Counted from the first letter of the stretch, positions 8,562 to 19,135 are shown. The stretch is DNA of 64,000 bases from Candidatus Pacearchaeota archaeon (GCA_023132255.1 JAGLYK010000011.1:5847-69846); one strand, 5' to 3'. Made by a program: numbers and translations. The notes: generated by a model not told the origin, from the sequence alone.

Positions 8562-10211
8562 TTAATTCTGTAAATTATAATTAAGGTTTAATCTTTTTTT
8601 AATGTGTTTAATTCTGTAAATTATTATTATCATTATCATTATAAGGATTAATATTCCTATTAAAGCAGTTTTTATATCTAAGGGAGATTTTTTTCCTACA
8701 TTAAACCATGCACTTGCACTTGCCACTTTCCCTTCATAAGTTACTTTTACATAAAAAATATATTTGCCAAATTCTGTGTCTTTTGGAATTTTAAATGTTT
8801 TTATAAAATTTGTTCGCGTTTCTACTGCGAGGGTATCTTGTTCAGATATTATTACTTCTTCCTGCTCATTTTTTATTATATATTCAAGATGGGCATCTAC
8901 TTTTCCCATTTCTCCTAAATTGTAAAGTTCTATTTCAGCTAATAAGTCTTCGCCAGGAAGCACATATAAAAATTTCCTAGGTATTTCTGTTTTAATATCA
9001 AATAAAGCTTCCCTAGATTCTACTTCTATAGCAATTAATATCTTTTCTTCTAATGTGGCTTTTTTAATTAGAATACTCCCTAAATATAAATTTGGAATAG
9101 TGTCTTCCCTTGCTAGAAAATCCAAAGTAATTATTTTTTCTTCTTTTGGCTTAAGTTCAAATTCTGTTTCACTTATTTTTAAAAACTTTTCAAGTTTTGG
9201 ATTTTCCAGATTTATCTTTATTGTTTCTTTTCCTATATTTTTTATTTTTATTGTTTCTTTTTTTGTTTCGCCTTGTTTCAATGAAATTTTAATACTTTCT
9301 CTATCTACTGAAAAATCTTTTTTCTCTGCTTCAATTCTTGTGCTTCCCCCTCCTCCTCCTACAGTTATTGTTTCAGTTTCTGTGACAGGGGTTTCTTCTA
9401 CAGAATAAATACCAAATCCTGTTACATTAAATTCTAATGTTCCTCCTGAATAACTTTTAAGGGTGCAAATTGAAGAAGGACAGATTACATCATCTTTTAG
9501 GATTCGCGGATTGCTAAATGCCAGATTATACATCCAGATAGTTGCGGGTTTGTTAAAGTTTGGTAAGGTGTTTGAATTTAACCCGATGTTATTGAGAGTT
9601 ATGTTAGTATAACTATCTAAATCTAAAATTCCATCACTTGAATTATAATCATCTGTCATATTTATATTTTCTAGAAAAAGTATTTTTCCATAAGTAGTAT
9701 GTTCTAATATAATGTTGCTTAAATTTTGCAATTCTTCATATGGATATATGTTAAAATTTGTTGAATTGCCTTTTGTAGAACCGTTATACTTTTCATACGA
9801 AATGTTTAATAGGCTTGTATCGATGGTAAAAGTTACATTTTGTGTTGTTATTCCTTGGCTGTTATTTGCATAAAGATAGAGAGTATGAAGAACATTGGTT
9901 GTATTAAAATATGTTGCAGATGAAATAGTTGTATTTGCTCCATTATCAAGATTATACCAAATATAATCTTCGCCACTTGCAGAATAATTTAATAATAAAT
10001 TTTTATTTGTTATGTATGTTTCATTTTCTGGAGATATTAAAGTTAATGAAGGAGTACTAATAACTGAAATATTTAATGCCATTGATTGAACTGTAACCTC
10101 TCCAGTAACAGCTTCTCCTGTTACTGATTCCCCTGTTATTTGTGCAGGAATTATTGGATTAATAATTATAAAAAAACATCCTAATATGAAAAATATCCAA
10201 GTTCGCCTCAT
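8562..10211 (-). CDS. Membrane-anchored surface glycoprotein (Ig-like domains, C-terminal TM)
   Basis: N-terminal signal with ITG..V motif, many N-x-S/T sequons, GGGGGS linker, C-terminal hydrophobic helix plus basic tail. Confidence 0.7.
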   Translation of the reverse strand: MRRTWIFFILGCFFIIINPIIPAQITGESVTGEAVTGEVTVQSMALNISVISTPSLTLISPENETYITNKNLLLNYSASGEDYIWYNLDNGANTTISSATYFNTTNVLHTLYLYANNSQGITTQNVTFTIDTSLLNISYEKYNGSTKGNSTNFNIYPYEELQNLSNIILEHTTYGKILFLENINMTDDYNSSDGILDLDSYTNITLNNIGLNSNTLPNFNKPATIWMYNLAFSNPRILKDDVICPSSICTLKSYSGGTLEFNVTGFGIYSVEETPVTETETITVGGGGGSTRIEAEKKDFSVDRESIKISLKQGETKKETIKIKNIGKETIKINLENPKLEKFLKISETEFELKPKEEKIITLDFLAREDTIPNLYLGSILIKKATLEEKILIAIEVESREALFDIKTEIPRKFLYVLPGEDLLAEIELYNLGEMGKVDAHLEYIIKNEQEEVIISEQDTLAVETRTNFIKTFKIPKDTEFGKYIFYVKVTYEGKVASASAWFNVGKKSPLDIKTALIGILILIMIMIIIIYRIKHIKKRLNLNYNLQN

Positions 10212-10249
10212 GAATTAAATAATTAGAAGAAGTATTTAAAAGTTACTTC

Positions 10250-10777
10250 TTATTTTCTTCTCTTTTTTATTATAAAAAAACTTATTACTAAAATTAATCC
10301 TAATATTATATATAGTAAACTTTTGTTAGTTTCTTTTCCTTCAGCTTGAATTTTTTCACCAATAGTAACATTGAATCTTTGCTCTATTTCAGTTCCAAAG
10401 CCAAAAGTTCCTGATTTTGATTTTGTTTCTGTACTAAGTCCTATTCTTACCTGATATAAGTCTCCAATTTGTGCTTCTTTTGGAATTATTATTTTTAGGT
10501 GTACTGGAACTTTATCTCCAGGGATTACTGTATAAATATTACTTGCATCTGTGATGTTTATTATTTCTGAACCTTCCAGGATTCTTACCCTCACATTAAT
10601 ATTTTCTGTTCCTCCACTGTTTTGCAAAACAAATTCAAGTGTTTTTGTTTCTTCCCCTAAAGGAAGTATTAGTTCTTTGTTTTCCATATAAGGAGCAGAA
10701 ACTGAAAAAGCAGAGCCAAAACTAATAAAGAAAAGCATTATTATTCCTCCAATTATTTTATTTTTGTTTATTCTCAT
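10250..10777 (-). CDS. Small membrane-anchored Ig-like surface protein
   Basis: Signal peptide, beta-rich core, C-terminal TM followed by KKRRK. Confidence 0.65.
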   Translation of the reverse strand: MRINKNKIIGGIIMLFFISFGSAFSVSAPYMENKELILPLGEETKTLEFVLQNSGGTENINVRVRILEGSEIINITDASNIYTVIPGDKVPVHLKIIIPKEAQIGDLYQVRIGLSTETKSKSGTFGFGTEIEQRFNVTIGEKIQAEGKETNKSLLYIILGLILVISFFIIKKRRK

Positions 10778-10829
10778 TTTGAGGTTAGTCTTTTTTTCTT
10801 TTTAAATGTTAATTAATTTTATGTTATTT

Positions 10830-11774
10830 TTATGGCACTATTTTAACTGTCCATGAGCCTAATTGGTCAGTTGAATATTGCTGCTGGCTTAATTCTGAAC
10901 CAACTTCTCTTAAACATAAGTATAAATTTTCCTGAGCAGTTCCGTTATTGAATGTGAAATTACCTGCATCAAGTGTTGTTCCGTATACTCCGGTATAACT
11001 CATGTTTACCATTGCTGTTGCTTCTGTTGCACCTGATACATTACATTCTATGTTGTCGCCTGTTAAATCATTGAAAGAAAAATTACCTGCCCATAATGCC
11101 TGGCCTTTGGTTGTTTCACCAAATAAGTCAGTGGCATTTACCTGGACATTAGCACTTGTAATGTCCTGGTTTCCTGTGTTGTTTAGAGTAAGATAATCAG
11201 AAGGTGTCTGGTTTGTTGCACCTGCTAAAAGGCTGGTAAATGTTAGAGAAGAAGAGCTCATAACAAATCCTGTGAGACTACCTACTGAACGTGTGTGAGT
11301 GCCGTTTACATGGATGTTGTCATTATTGTCGCTGATATTAGCATAAACTGTCCAGTCACCATCTCCATCCCACCACCGCATGGTTATATTGCATGTGTAA
11401 TTTGCGTAATCTCCTGCAAAATCTTTTACTGCACAAGAAGTGTTAAATTTAGTTTGTTCTCCTGCTTTTGTAAGATTTAGCATTGCTGAAGAATTATCTA
11501 AATTTGTTGCGCCATCACTGTCATTTACAGAAAAATTAATAGTCAAATATGTGGCTCCTGGGCCATCTGTTAAAGTGATTGCTCCAAGTCCTGTAATATT
11601 ATAAATCCAAGGAGCAGTTCCAGTAGTAACTGAAATATTTAAATCAACAGTTTGTTCATCTGTCGCTTTTCCAGTAACCTTCCCCCAAAAATCAGAAAAA
11701 AATCCTGCAGATATTAATGGGATAATTAATAATAAAGCTGCTAAAAAAATAATCATATACACCTTTTTTTCCAT
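10830..11774 (-). CDS. Secreted surface glycoprotein, paralogous to a domain of the upstream giant protein
   Basis: Signal peptide plus VTGKAT; about 245 aa highly similar to the 12435-13170 region of the giant ORF. Confidence 0.7.
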   Translation of the reverse strand: MEKKVYMIIFLAALLLIIPLISAGFFSDFWGKVTGKATDEQTVDLNISVTTGTAPWIYNITGLGAITLTDGPGATYLTINFSVNDSDGATNLDNSSAMLNLTKAGEQTKFNTSCAVKDFAGDYANYTCNITMRWWDGDGDWTVYANISDNNDNIHVNGTHTRSVGSLTGFVMSSSSLTFTSLLAGATNQTPSDYLTLNNTGNQDITSANVQVNATDLFGETTKGQALWAGNFSFNDLTGDNIECNVSGATEATAMVNMSYTGVYGTTLDAGNFTFNNGTAQENLYLCLREVGSELSQQQYSTDQLGSWTVKIVP

Positions 11775-11815
11775 TTTAGTTAAATTTTATTTTTATAATA
11801 TAGGTTTTTGACTTT

Positions 11816-14800
11816 TTAAATATTATTGTTTTTTTTTGTTATTGCTCTTGAATAAATTGTCCAGATATTTCTTTGGTCTCTTTTGAGCAGTTTAGCAATT
11901 TCGCTGTATTTCATTTCTTTTTCTTTTAAGTATGTGATAATTGATTCAAGTATTGTCAGTTTTTTATTTTCAAAAATTGAAATTGGCAAGAATATTTTTG
12001 TTTTTTTAATTTCCATCGGCTCTTTTTGTTTTTCTGATGCTTTTTTATAAGCTGTCCATATTGTTCTTTCATCTCTGTTTAATTCTTCTGCAACTTCTTT
12101 ATAAGTCATGTTTAAATTTTCTTTCATATATTTAACTAATGATTCTAATGCTCCAAGTTCTTTAGAGAATATTGTTATTGGAATGTTTAATTTTTCATTT
12201 TTCCTAACTATCTCTAAAATTTCTTTTTTGTTTATTTGATATTTCTTTTTTAATCTTTCAATTATTACCTGGATTATTTCTTTTTTGTTTAGAGAATATG
12301 TGTCTTTTAATTCATCTGCAATTAAATTAAGGGCTTCCAGAAGTTTGTCATCTTCTGCTATTTTTTTCTTCTTTTGTTTTTTCTTAGATTTCTGTCTTCT
12401 TCCAACTGTTAATGCAACCAATGCTATTCTTATTGTCCATGAGCCTAACTGGCTGGTTGAATATTGCTGCTGGCTTAATTCCAAGCCAATTTCTCTTAAG
12501 CATAAATATAAATTTTCCTGAGCAGTTCCGTCATTTTTTGTGAAATTGCCTGCAGAAAGTGCTGCTCCATATATTCCTGTATAAGTCATGTTTACCATTG
12601 CTGTTGCTTCTGTTGCACCTGATACATTACATTCTATATCGCCTCCTGTTAAATCATTAAAAGAAAAATTACCTGCCCATAATGCCTGACCTTTAGTAGT
12701 TTCACCGAACAGGTCAGTGGCATTTACTTCAATATTGTCACCTGTAATGTCTTTGTTTCCTGTGTTGTTTAAAGTGAAATAATCAGAAGGTGTTTGGTTT
12801 GTTGCACCTGCTAAAAGGCTGACAAATGTCAGCTCAGAGGGACTTACAACAAATCCTGTTAAACTGTTTACTGTGAAAGTGTTTGTGTTGTTTATTGCCA
12901 AGTTACTTTCCTGGTCAGTGATGTTTGCGTAAACTTTCCAGTCATTACCAGAGGCATCCCACCACCACATTGTCACATTGCATGTGTAATTTGCGTAATT
13001 TCCTGCAAAATCTTTTACTGCACAAGAACTGTTTATTCTCAGGTCTTCACCAGATTTTGTGAAATTTATTGTTGCTGAAGAATTAACTAAATTTTCTGCA
13101 CCATTTGCGTCTGAAACAGAAAAATTAACAATTATATATGTGGCTCCTGGACCGTCTGTTAAAGTTACTGAAGAAATGCTTGTAACACTATAAATTTCTG
13201 GAGGATTGTCTGCTGAGGTTGTAGTAACACTAAAAATCCCAGTATTATTTACATTCCCTGCTGAATCATTTGCATACCATCTGTAATCTGTTCTATTTCC
13301 AACATTTGCTGGCAAGGTCTTTGTAACATTTGCCCATTCAGGAGTTGAACTCCACATAACCAAACTCTCGTTTGCCCAAGCACCTGAATTATTTGTAGAA
13401 AAAATATAACCTCCGTTTGGATTTAATGCTGAATTATCGGCATATTTAATTGCGAATATTGTTAGTAAACCAGCTGTTGTCTGGTTTGTCTGGTTGCCTG
13501 AATATGTTGGTTTTGTGTTATCAACCCCAGATGGATTCAAATTAACAGTCATATCATCTGTATTATTCTCTGGCACATTTGCACTATACGAAGAATTAAA
13601 CAACACATCAATTAAATAAGATTCTATTGAAGCAGTTGTTACATTTAAAGTCCAGTTGAATTGATATGATTCTCCTTCATTAAGAGTTGTTGATTTGGGG
13701 TTTGGGTCTTCACTCTCTTTAGCCGTATGCCATTTATATACTTTAGCACTAGCACCATCATCAACTGTCCATATAAATGTGCTATTAGTAGTTATACTAC
13801 GAGGGTATGTATTACCATCTGCCTCTGTGTCCCAATCAGAAATATAAGTACCATTCATATGCCATTTATATACTTGGTCATTACCACCATCAACTGTCCA
13901 GATAAATGTACTGTTAGTGGTTATACCAAAAGGGCCTGTATTACCATCTGCATATGTGTCCCAATTACCGATTGCTGTGCCATCCATGTCCCATTTATAT
14001 ACTTGGTCAGCAAACCGGTCAACTGTCCAGATAAATGTACTGTTAGTGGTTATGCCATAAGGGACTGTATTACCATCTGCTTCTGTATCCCAACTAGAAA
14101 TATATGTTCCATTCATATACCATTTATATACTTGAGCACCAATGTTATCAACTGTCCAGATAAATGTACTGTTAGTGGTTATGCCACGAGGGTCTGTATT
14201 ACCATCTGCTTCTATATCCCAACTAATAATATATGTTCCATTCATATACCATTTATATACTTGAGTGCCAGTATCCTCAACTGTCCATATAAATGTGTTA
14301 TTAGTAGTTATACCAAAAGGGTCTGTATTACCATCTGATTCTATGTCCCAATCAGTAATATATACACCTTCTGTTATAACTTCAACAGCATAAAACGGAC
14401 TTCCCCCTTTAGTTGTATTAACAGCAGTATCTGGATTTGCTGTTAAATTATATCTTGCCAGAGCATAAACTGTTCCGCAATCTCTTCCAACACAAGTAAC
14501 ATTAGCTTTTATTGTAAGGTTAGAATCATACTGGTTCCAGTTAGAGTTGTTTTCAGGATACTGGATTGAGACATTTAACCAGCCATAAGGATTTCCATCC
14601 CAAACAGTTCCATCTGGTTCATATGCTGCCCATCTTGCATCAGTTGCAGATTTAATATATGCAACGGCAATATTATCTCCAACCAAACCAACCCCAGAAG
14701 AATGAACTTCAGAAGCTACTGCAGAACCTTTTACATCAACCCCCTCTTCCGATGTTGAACTAAAACGAACTCCATTAAAAGTATTCACAGAAAAACGTAT

Positions 14801-17800
14801 AGTATTCCAACTAGCATCATACCATTTTTGGACAAAATGAGTTGAATTAATAATAGCAATATCTTCTGATACATAACCAGAACTAGCCCCAACGTCTAAA
14901 CCATTATTTCTAATTCCTGAAATACTTGTGTCTGGATAACTATAAGTAGCATAAACTATATCATCATTTCCCTGCTGATAATAACCAATAACCCAATCTG
15001 TTGAATTAAATGCTGCAACTGAAACTTGCTGGGAATCTACAATTGATTCAACAACTACTTTAGTTGGTATATTTGGAATTATAAAAGAAATTTCATCATT
15101 CACATCATCATGCCAGGCAACAACACAATCTGTCTCATTTAAAGCTGCTATCCCAACAGTATCAGCATCTCCTTCATTATCCATTTGACCTGATATTGAA
15201 TCTGGGGAAATTAATGCTGTACCATCATAATGATATTTTGCATAAAATATATCATTAGAAGCATCATCAAAATAAGCCAGCCAAAAAGTAGTGTCATTAA
15301 TTGCATCTACATCAACTCTTCCATCTGTTCCAACAGCGTCATCTACTGTTATTGTGGAGCCAATTTGAGTACCAGCATCATCATAAACAGCAAAGAAAAT
15401 GTCATCTACATTGTCATCAAAATAAGCAATAACCCATAAGGTATTATTTAAAGGAGTTATTGCAACTAAGTTATCATCTAAATCACAAGTTCCTATATTT
15501 GAATCAACTGTTATATTAGCAATTGAAGTACCATTAGTATAATAAATATAAGCTAAAACAGCATTAGCAGCTTCATCACATGCTCCCACAACTATTTTAT
15601 TTTCATCTAAAGGTGCTATAGCTACACTTTCTACATCACTTGTTGAGAAAGTCGGGTCTAATTCAATTGTTTCTCCTGGTAAAATATCTCCCTTTGAAAA
15701 TCCTACCCATAATTTTTTTTGAGCCCATCTTATATCTGAAAGAATAAACCCATTATTCAACAAATCATCATATCTAAAATCATACTCAGAATTAAAATTA
15801 ACCACAGGTCTGTTAATATAATCCTGTATTTCACAATTCCCTTTCCAGTCACAAAGAGAGCCATTAATCTCAATTGAATCCACATTTGAAATCTCAAAAA
15901 CATAATAAAACGTTACATCTTCTATGGCAGTTGGATTTGTATTTTCAATAGAATGGTATATTTTTACAGGAATATTTTTCTTGTCTGAAAAATTTAATAA
16001 TTGCGTTAAATTAACTCCATCAATATAATAGTCTGAAAGAAATTCATCATATTTCCCTTTCTCTAATCTTTTAACTACTGAATCTGTTAATCGATAATAA
16101 TTTCCAGAAACTCCAACAGCAAAGCCAAACTCCCGTCCTTCAACTAAAAAGTCTGCTGAATTCATATCATAGTTTAAGCACGATGTATCAGTCATTATTT
16201 TTGATACAGAATTATAAGAACTATCACAGAATGTTCCGATTAAATGTGATGGTTCTTCGCCCTCCAAAACAGGGTCAATAATATGGTCAAACTCTATTTC
16301 TCCGTCGAGGATTCGCAAATCAAAAGTGTCTTGAGTCCCCTGAAGGTTTGTTAAATAAACTTTATTATATTCATTTGAGTTTAAACTTGTAAACTCTGCA
16401 ATTTTTTCTGTTCCCCCAATTTCATAAACTTCAATTTTTGGAGTTCCATTAATAATTCTTGGATAAATTGTAATATCTTTTGAAGAATCAAGAGGTTGTT
16501 CAAATACAACTCTAATGTAATGAGTGTCTGGAATTGTTTCACTCCAGACATCATCAAGTTGATAAACATCTTCATAAATATCTGAAATAAATTCCCTGTT
16601 CTCGTCGAGATGTTCTGCTTTTGTAATTTCAATAATTATTTCAAATGTCTGGTTGTCTGAACTTGGTGAAATCCATTCAATATAATCATAAATTCCATTA
16701 TTGTTTTTATCCTCAATTTTCTGGACAGGAATATATTTGTTTTGCTCCAACCATTTAATTTTTATTTTAGAAGCATCTTTAATGTTCAGGCTCTCATCAA
16801 GTTCTGTGAATGTTAAAACATTTTCATAAATTATGTTTTCAGGTCCGATAATTTTAATTCTTTTTCCTCTTGCAGTATCTTCCCCAATAGCATAAGGAGC
16901 AGGAGTTTCATACTCAATTTCATATTTTGTTGCATTGTCATCTATTATAATTTCTATTTCTTCCTCTTTTTCTTCTATGTCTATTACTCTTCCTGTTAAT
17001 CTTGAAAAAATATTTTTGAAAAAATTCAAAACAGATTTAATAATTCCTTTTTCTTCCTCTTTGATAACTGTTCCTGTTATGCTGAATTTTATTTTTTGTT
17101 TAGATTTATTTATTTTGTCTGCTGATTCGCTGATGTTTGTTGTGCTTTGTGGCGAGGATTGAGCAGATTTATTAATAATGATTGTTACATTTTCTTCAGC
17201 TATTTCTTCAATTTTTTCTTCTGTTATGTTTTCTATTGGTTCTTTTGTTTCAGAAGCAGAAGGCTCCTCTTTACCAGGCTGTGTGCCTGGAAGTTCAAGA
17301 TTTTCATCTTGATCTAGGGAAGGACTCGAATCTTCCTGAGAAGCCTCCTTACTTGTTTCTGAATATGATTCTTCTATAATTTCTTCTTCAGAAGTCTCGT
17401 CAGAGACTTCGCTTGCCGAAGGTGATTCAACTTCATCTATAATCTTATTTACTATTATGTTCTTGGCTTGTTTTGGCAACTTGATTTTTACAATTCCTTG
17501 TTCTTCTAATTCAATGCTCGTTCTCCATTTTACTGGCTGCCCGATAACTGCCTGATATTGTTCTGTTGTTAAATTTGTTATATTAGTTTCAGTGAGATTT
17601 ATTTCCGAAACAATTATATTAAAGAAATTGCTTTTTGTTTCCCCAAATTCATTGGTTGCGATAATTTTGCTTTTTCTTGTTCCTGTAAAATCCTTGTCTG
17701 GCTGGATTTTTATTGTGTGGTCATAAGTTGTAGTCAAAATATTTTTTGTCTGCAACAAGTAATATTGCTCTGCATCTGAGAAATATTCGCTTATTTTTAT

Positions 17801-19135
17801 TTCACCGACGCTGTTTTTTGGTATTTTTATGTTGGGAATTTCTTTAATTAAAACAGGAGGTTCTGTTATATTAACTTCTGGGATTTCTTCTTCAATTTCT
17901 TCTGTTATGTTTTCTGGAATTTCTTCAGGAATCTTTTCTTCTGGAATTTCAATTGGCGTTATTTTGTATTTTATTTTGTCTAATTTTAATTCAGCATTTG
18001 AAATTTCTATTCTTAATGTGTAGGAAGATTTATTCAAATTCAAATCTTTTAAATCACATGTCTCTTCGCATATATTTGAGAATTCTTTTATTATTTTTTT
18101 TCCAGGTTTTTCTGCTTCCTCTTCTATAACTTCTTCTGGTTTTTCTATTTCTTCAAACTCTTCTTCTAGTTCTTCTGTTATGTTTTCAGGTGTTTTGTCT
18201 GTTGGTTTTTCTTCATCTTCTTCAACCTTTTCTGGCTCTTCCTTTTCTTCTTCAACCTCTTCAGTTTCTTCTTCTTTAATCTTTTCAACTTCTTCTTTTT
18301 CAGAAGCAGAAGGCTCCTCTTTACCAGGCTGTGTGCCTGGAAGTTCAAGATTTTCATCTTGATCTAGGGAAGGACTCGAATCTTCCTGAGAAGCCTCCTC
18401 GCTTGTTTCTGAATATGATTCTTCTGTGTCAGATGTGTCGGCTGATGCCACTTCATTAGAAGTGCTCTCTTCTTCTGCAACTTTACCTGTTATTTTTGAA
18501 AAAGTTTTTCCAACAAATCTAAACAGGGTTTTTAAGATTGAAACTTTTTCTGTTTCTAATTCTTCAATTGCCTTACCTGTTATTCCTTTTGATTTTAATT
18601 TATTGCTGTCGAGTATTAATAGTTCATCAAGATAAATCCTAACTTTTCCTTTGCCTTTGATTAAACCTGATATTTTTACAGAATTTAATATTCCTGGATT
18701 CTCAACCTGCCATTCATAGGTTGTTGATTCATTTAAATCAAGATTCAGTGTTTGTGTGAATTCTTTTTCCCCTATAATGAATCCTGTTGGCAGAAAGGGA
18801 ACATAAAAGAACATTGCGGTTAAAAGTAAAATAGAAACAACAGAAAAAAATCCAATGAAAAAATAATTTTTAATAATTCTCTTTTTTTGTTTGTGAAGTT
18901 CATCTTCACAATCTTTTATTTGGCGATTATGATATTTGACCCATTCAATAATTGTTTTTCCTCTATATTTTTTAGAAACTATTTCTGCATATTTAGTATA
19001 AGAAATCTCCTCTCTATCATATTTCTCCTTTGATTTTTGAAGATATTTTATGAGGTCTTTTTTTATTTTTTTAGAACTATTTATTCTGTTTTTTAATTCC
19101 CTAACTACAGCTTTTGCTATTCGAGTCCTTCCCAT
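11816..19135 (-). CDS. Giant (2439 aa) surface protein with acidic linker, beta-propeller repeats and C-terminal tandem HTH domain
   Basis: N-terminal TM, E-rich segments, five 43-aa repeats, hydrophobic stretch plus poly-K, then two HTH-like units (TYKEVAEELNRDERTIWTAY; KYSEIAKLLKRDQRNIWTIY). Confidence 0.75.
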   Translation of the reverse strand: MGRTRIAKAVVRELKNRINSSKKIKKDLIKYLQKSKEKYDREEISYTKYAEIVSKKYRGKTIIEWVKYHNRQIKDCEDELHKQKKRIIKNYFFIGFFSVVSILLLTAMFFYVPFLPTGFIIGEKEFTQTLNLDLNESTTYEWQVENPGILNSVKISGLIKGKGKVRIYLDELLILDSNKLKSKGITGKAIEELETEKVSILKTLFRFVGKTFSKITGKVAEEESTSNEVASADTSDTEESYSETSEEASQEDSSPSLDQDENLELPGTQPGKEEPSASEKEEVEKIKEEETEEVEEEKEEPEKVEEDEEKPTDKTPENITEELEEEFEEIEKPEEVIEEEAEKPGKKIIKEFSNICEETCDLKDLNLNKSSYTLRIEISNAELKLDKIKYKITPIEIPEEKIPEEIPENITEEIEEEIPEVNITEPPVLIKEIPNIKIPKNSVGEIKISEYFSDAEQYYLLQTKNILTTTYDHTIKIQPDKDFTGTRKSKIIATNEFGETKSNFFNIIVSEINLTETNITNLTTEQYQAVIGQPVKWRTSIELEEQGIVKIKLPKQAKNIIVNKIIDEVESPSASEVSDETSEEEIIEESYSETSKEASQEDSSPSLDQDENLELPGTQPGKEEPSASETKEPIENITEEKIEEIAEENVTIIINKSAQSSPQSTTNISESADKINKSKQKIKFSITGTVIKEEEKGIIKSVLNFFKNIFSRLTGRVIDIEEKEEEIEIIIDDNATKYEIEYETPAPYAIGEDTARGKRIKIIGPENIIYENVLTFTELDESLNIKDASKIKIKWLEQNKYIPVQKIEDKNNNGIYDYIEWISPSSDNQTFEIIIEITKAEHLDENREFISDIYEDVYQLDDVWSETIPDTHYIRVVFEQPLDSSKDITIYPRIINGTPKIEVYEIGGTEKIAEFTSLNSNEYNKVYLTNLQGTQDTFDLRILDGEIEFDHIIDPVLEGEEPSHLIGTFCDSSYNSVSKIMTDTSCLNYDMNSADFLVEGREFGFAVGVSGNYYRLTDSVVKRLEKGKYDEFLSDYYIDGVNLTQLLNFSDKKNIPVKIYHSIENTNPTAIEDVTFYYVFEISNVDSIEINGSLCDWKGNCEIQDYINRPVVNFNSEYDFRYDDLLNNGFILSDIRWAQKKLWVGFSKGDILPGETIELDPTFSTSDVESVAIAPLDENKIVVGACDEAANAVLAYIYYTNGTSIANITVDSNIGTCDLDDNLVAITPLNNTLWVIAYFDDNVDDIFFAVYDDAGTQIGSTITVDDAVGTDGRVDVDAINDTTFWLAYFDDASNDIFYAKYHYDGTALISPDSISGQMDNEGDADTVGIAALNETDCVVAWHDDVNDEISFIIPNIPTKVVVESIVDSQQVSVAAFNSTDWVIGYYQQGNDDIVYATYSYPDTSISGIRNNGLDVGASSGYVSEDIAIINSTHFVQKWYDASWNTIRFSVNTFNGVRFSSTSEEGVDVKGSAVASEVHSSGVGLVGDNIAVAYIKSATDARWAAYEPDGTVWDGNPYGWLNVSIQYPENNSNWNQYDSNLTIKANVTCVGRDCGTVYALARYNLTANPDTAVNTTKGGSPFYAVEVITEGVYITDWDIESDGNTDPFGITTNNTFIWTVEDTGTQVYKWYMNGTYIISWDIEADGNTDPRGITTNSTFIWTVDNIGAQVYKWYMNGTYISSWDTEADGNTVPYGITTNSTFIWTVDRFADQVYKWDMDGTAIGNWDTYADGNTGPFGITTNSTFIWTVDGGNDQVYKWHMNGTYISDWDTEADGNTYPRSITTNSTFIWTVDDGASAKVYKWHTAKESEDPNPKSTTLNEGESYQFNWTLNVTTASIESYLIDVLFNSSYSANVPENNTDDMTVNLNPSGVDNTKPTYSGNQTNQTTAGLLTIFAIKYADNSALNPNGGYIFSTNNSGAWANESLVMWSSTPEWANVTKTLPANVGNRTDYRWYANDSAGNVNNTGIFSVTTTSADNPPEIYSVTSISSVTLTDGPGATYIIVNFSVSDANGAENLVNSSATINFTKSGEDLRINSSCAVKDFAGNYANYTCNVTMWWWDASGNDWKVYANITDQESNLAINNTNTFTVNSLTGFVVSPSELTFVSLLAGATNQTPSDYFTLNNTGNKDITGDNIEVNATDLFGETTKGQALWAGNFSFNDLTGGDIECNVSGATEATAMVNMTYTGIYGAALSAGNFTKNDGTAQENLYLCLREIGLELSQQQYSTSQLGSWTIRIALVALTVGRRQKSKKKQKKKKIAEDDKLLEALNLIADELKDTYSLNKKEIIQVIIERLKKKYQINKKEILEIVRKNEKLNIPITIFSKELGALESLVKYMKENLNMTYKEVAEELNRDERTIWTAYKKASEKQKEPMEIKKTKIFLPISIFENKKLTILESIITYLKEKEMKYSEIAKLLKRDQRNIWTIYSRAITKKNNNI
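13727..14365 (-). repeat. Five tandem ~129-bp coding repeats (beta-propeller-like blades)
   Basis: Unit YIxxWDxEADGNTxPxGITTNSTFIWTVDxxxxQVYKWxMNGT. Confidence 0.9.
17248..17375 (-). repeat. 128-bp structured direct repeat, copy 1
   Basis: Matches 18298-18425 except for 2 nt; folds into a four-way junction on the coding strand. Confidence 0.9.
18298..18425 (-). repeat. 128-bp structured direct repeat, copy 2
   Basis: Offset 1050 bp from copy 1, in frame, encodes SYSETSEEASQEDSSPSLDQDENLELPGTQPGKEEPSASE. Confidence 0.9.

Noticed and set aside
13727-14338. 203-aa plus-strand ORF
   Set aside because: Antisense shadow of the tandem coding repeat in the giant protein.
13727-14365. CRISPR array or DGR template/variable repeat
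   Set aside because: Repeats are 129-bp in-frame coding units without unique spacers, differences are not adenine-specific, and no reverse transcriptase or cas gene is in the window.
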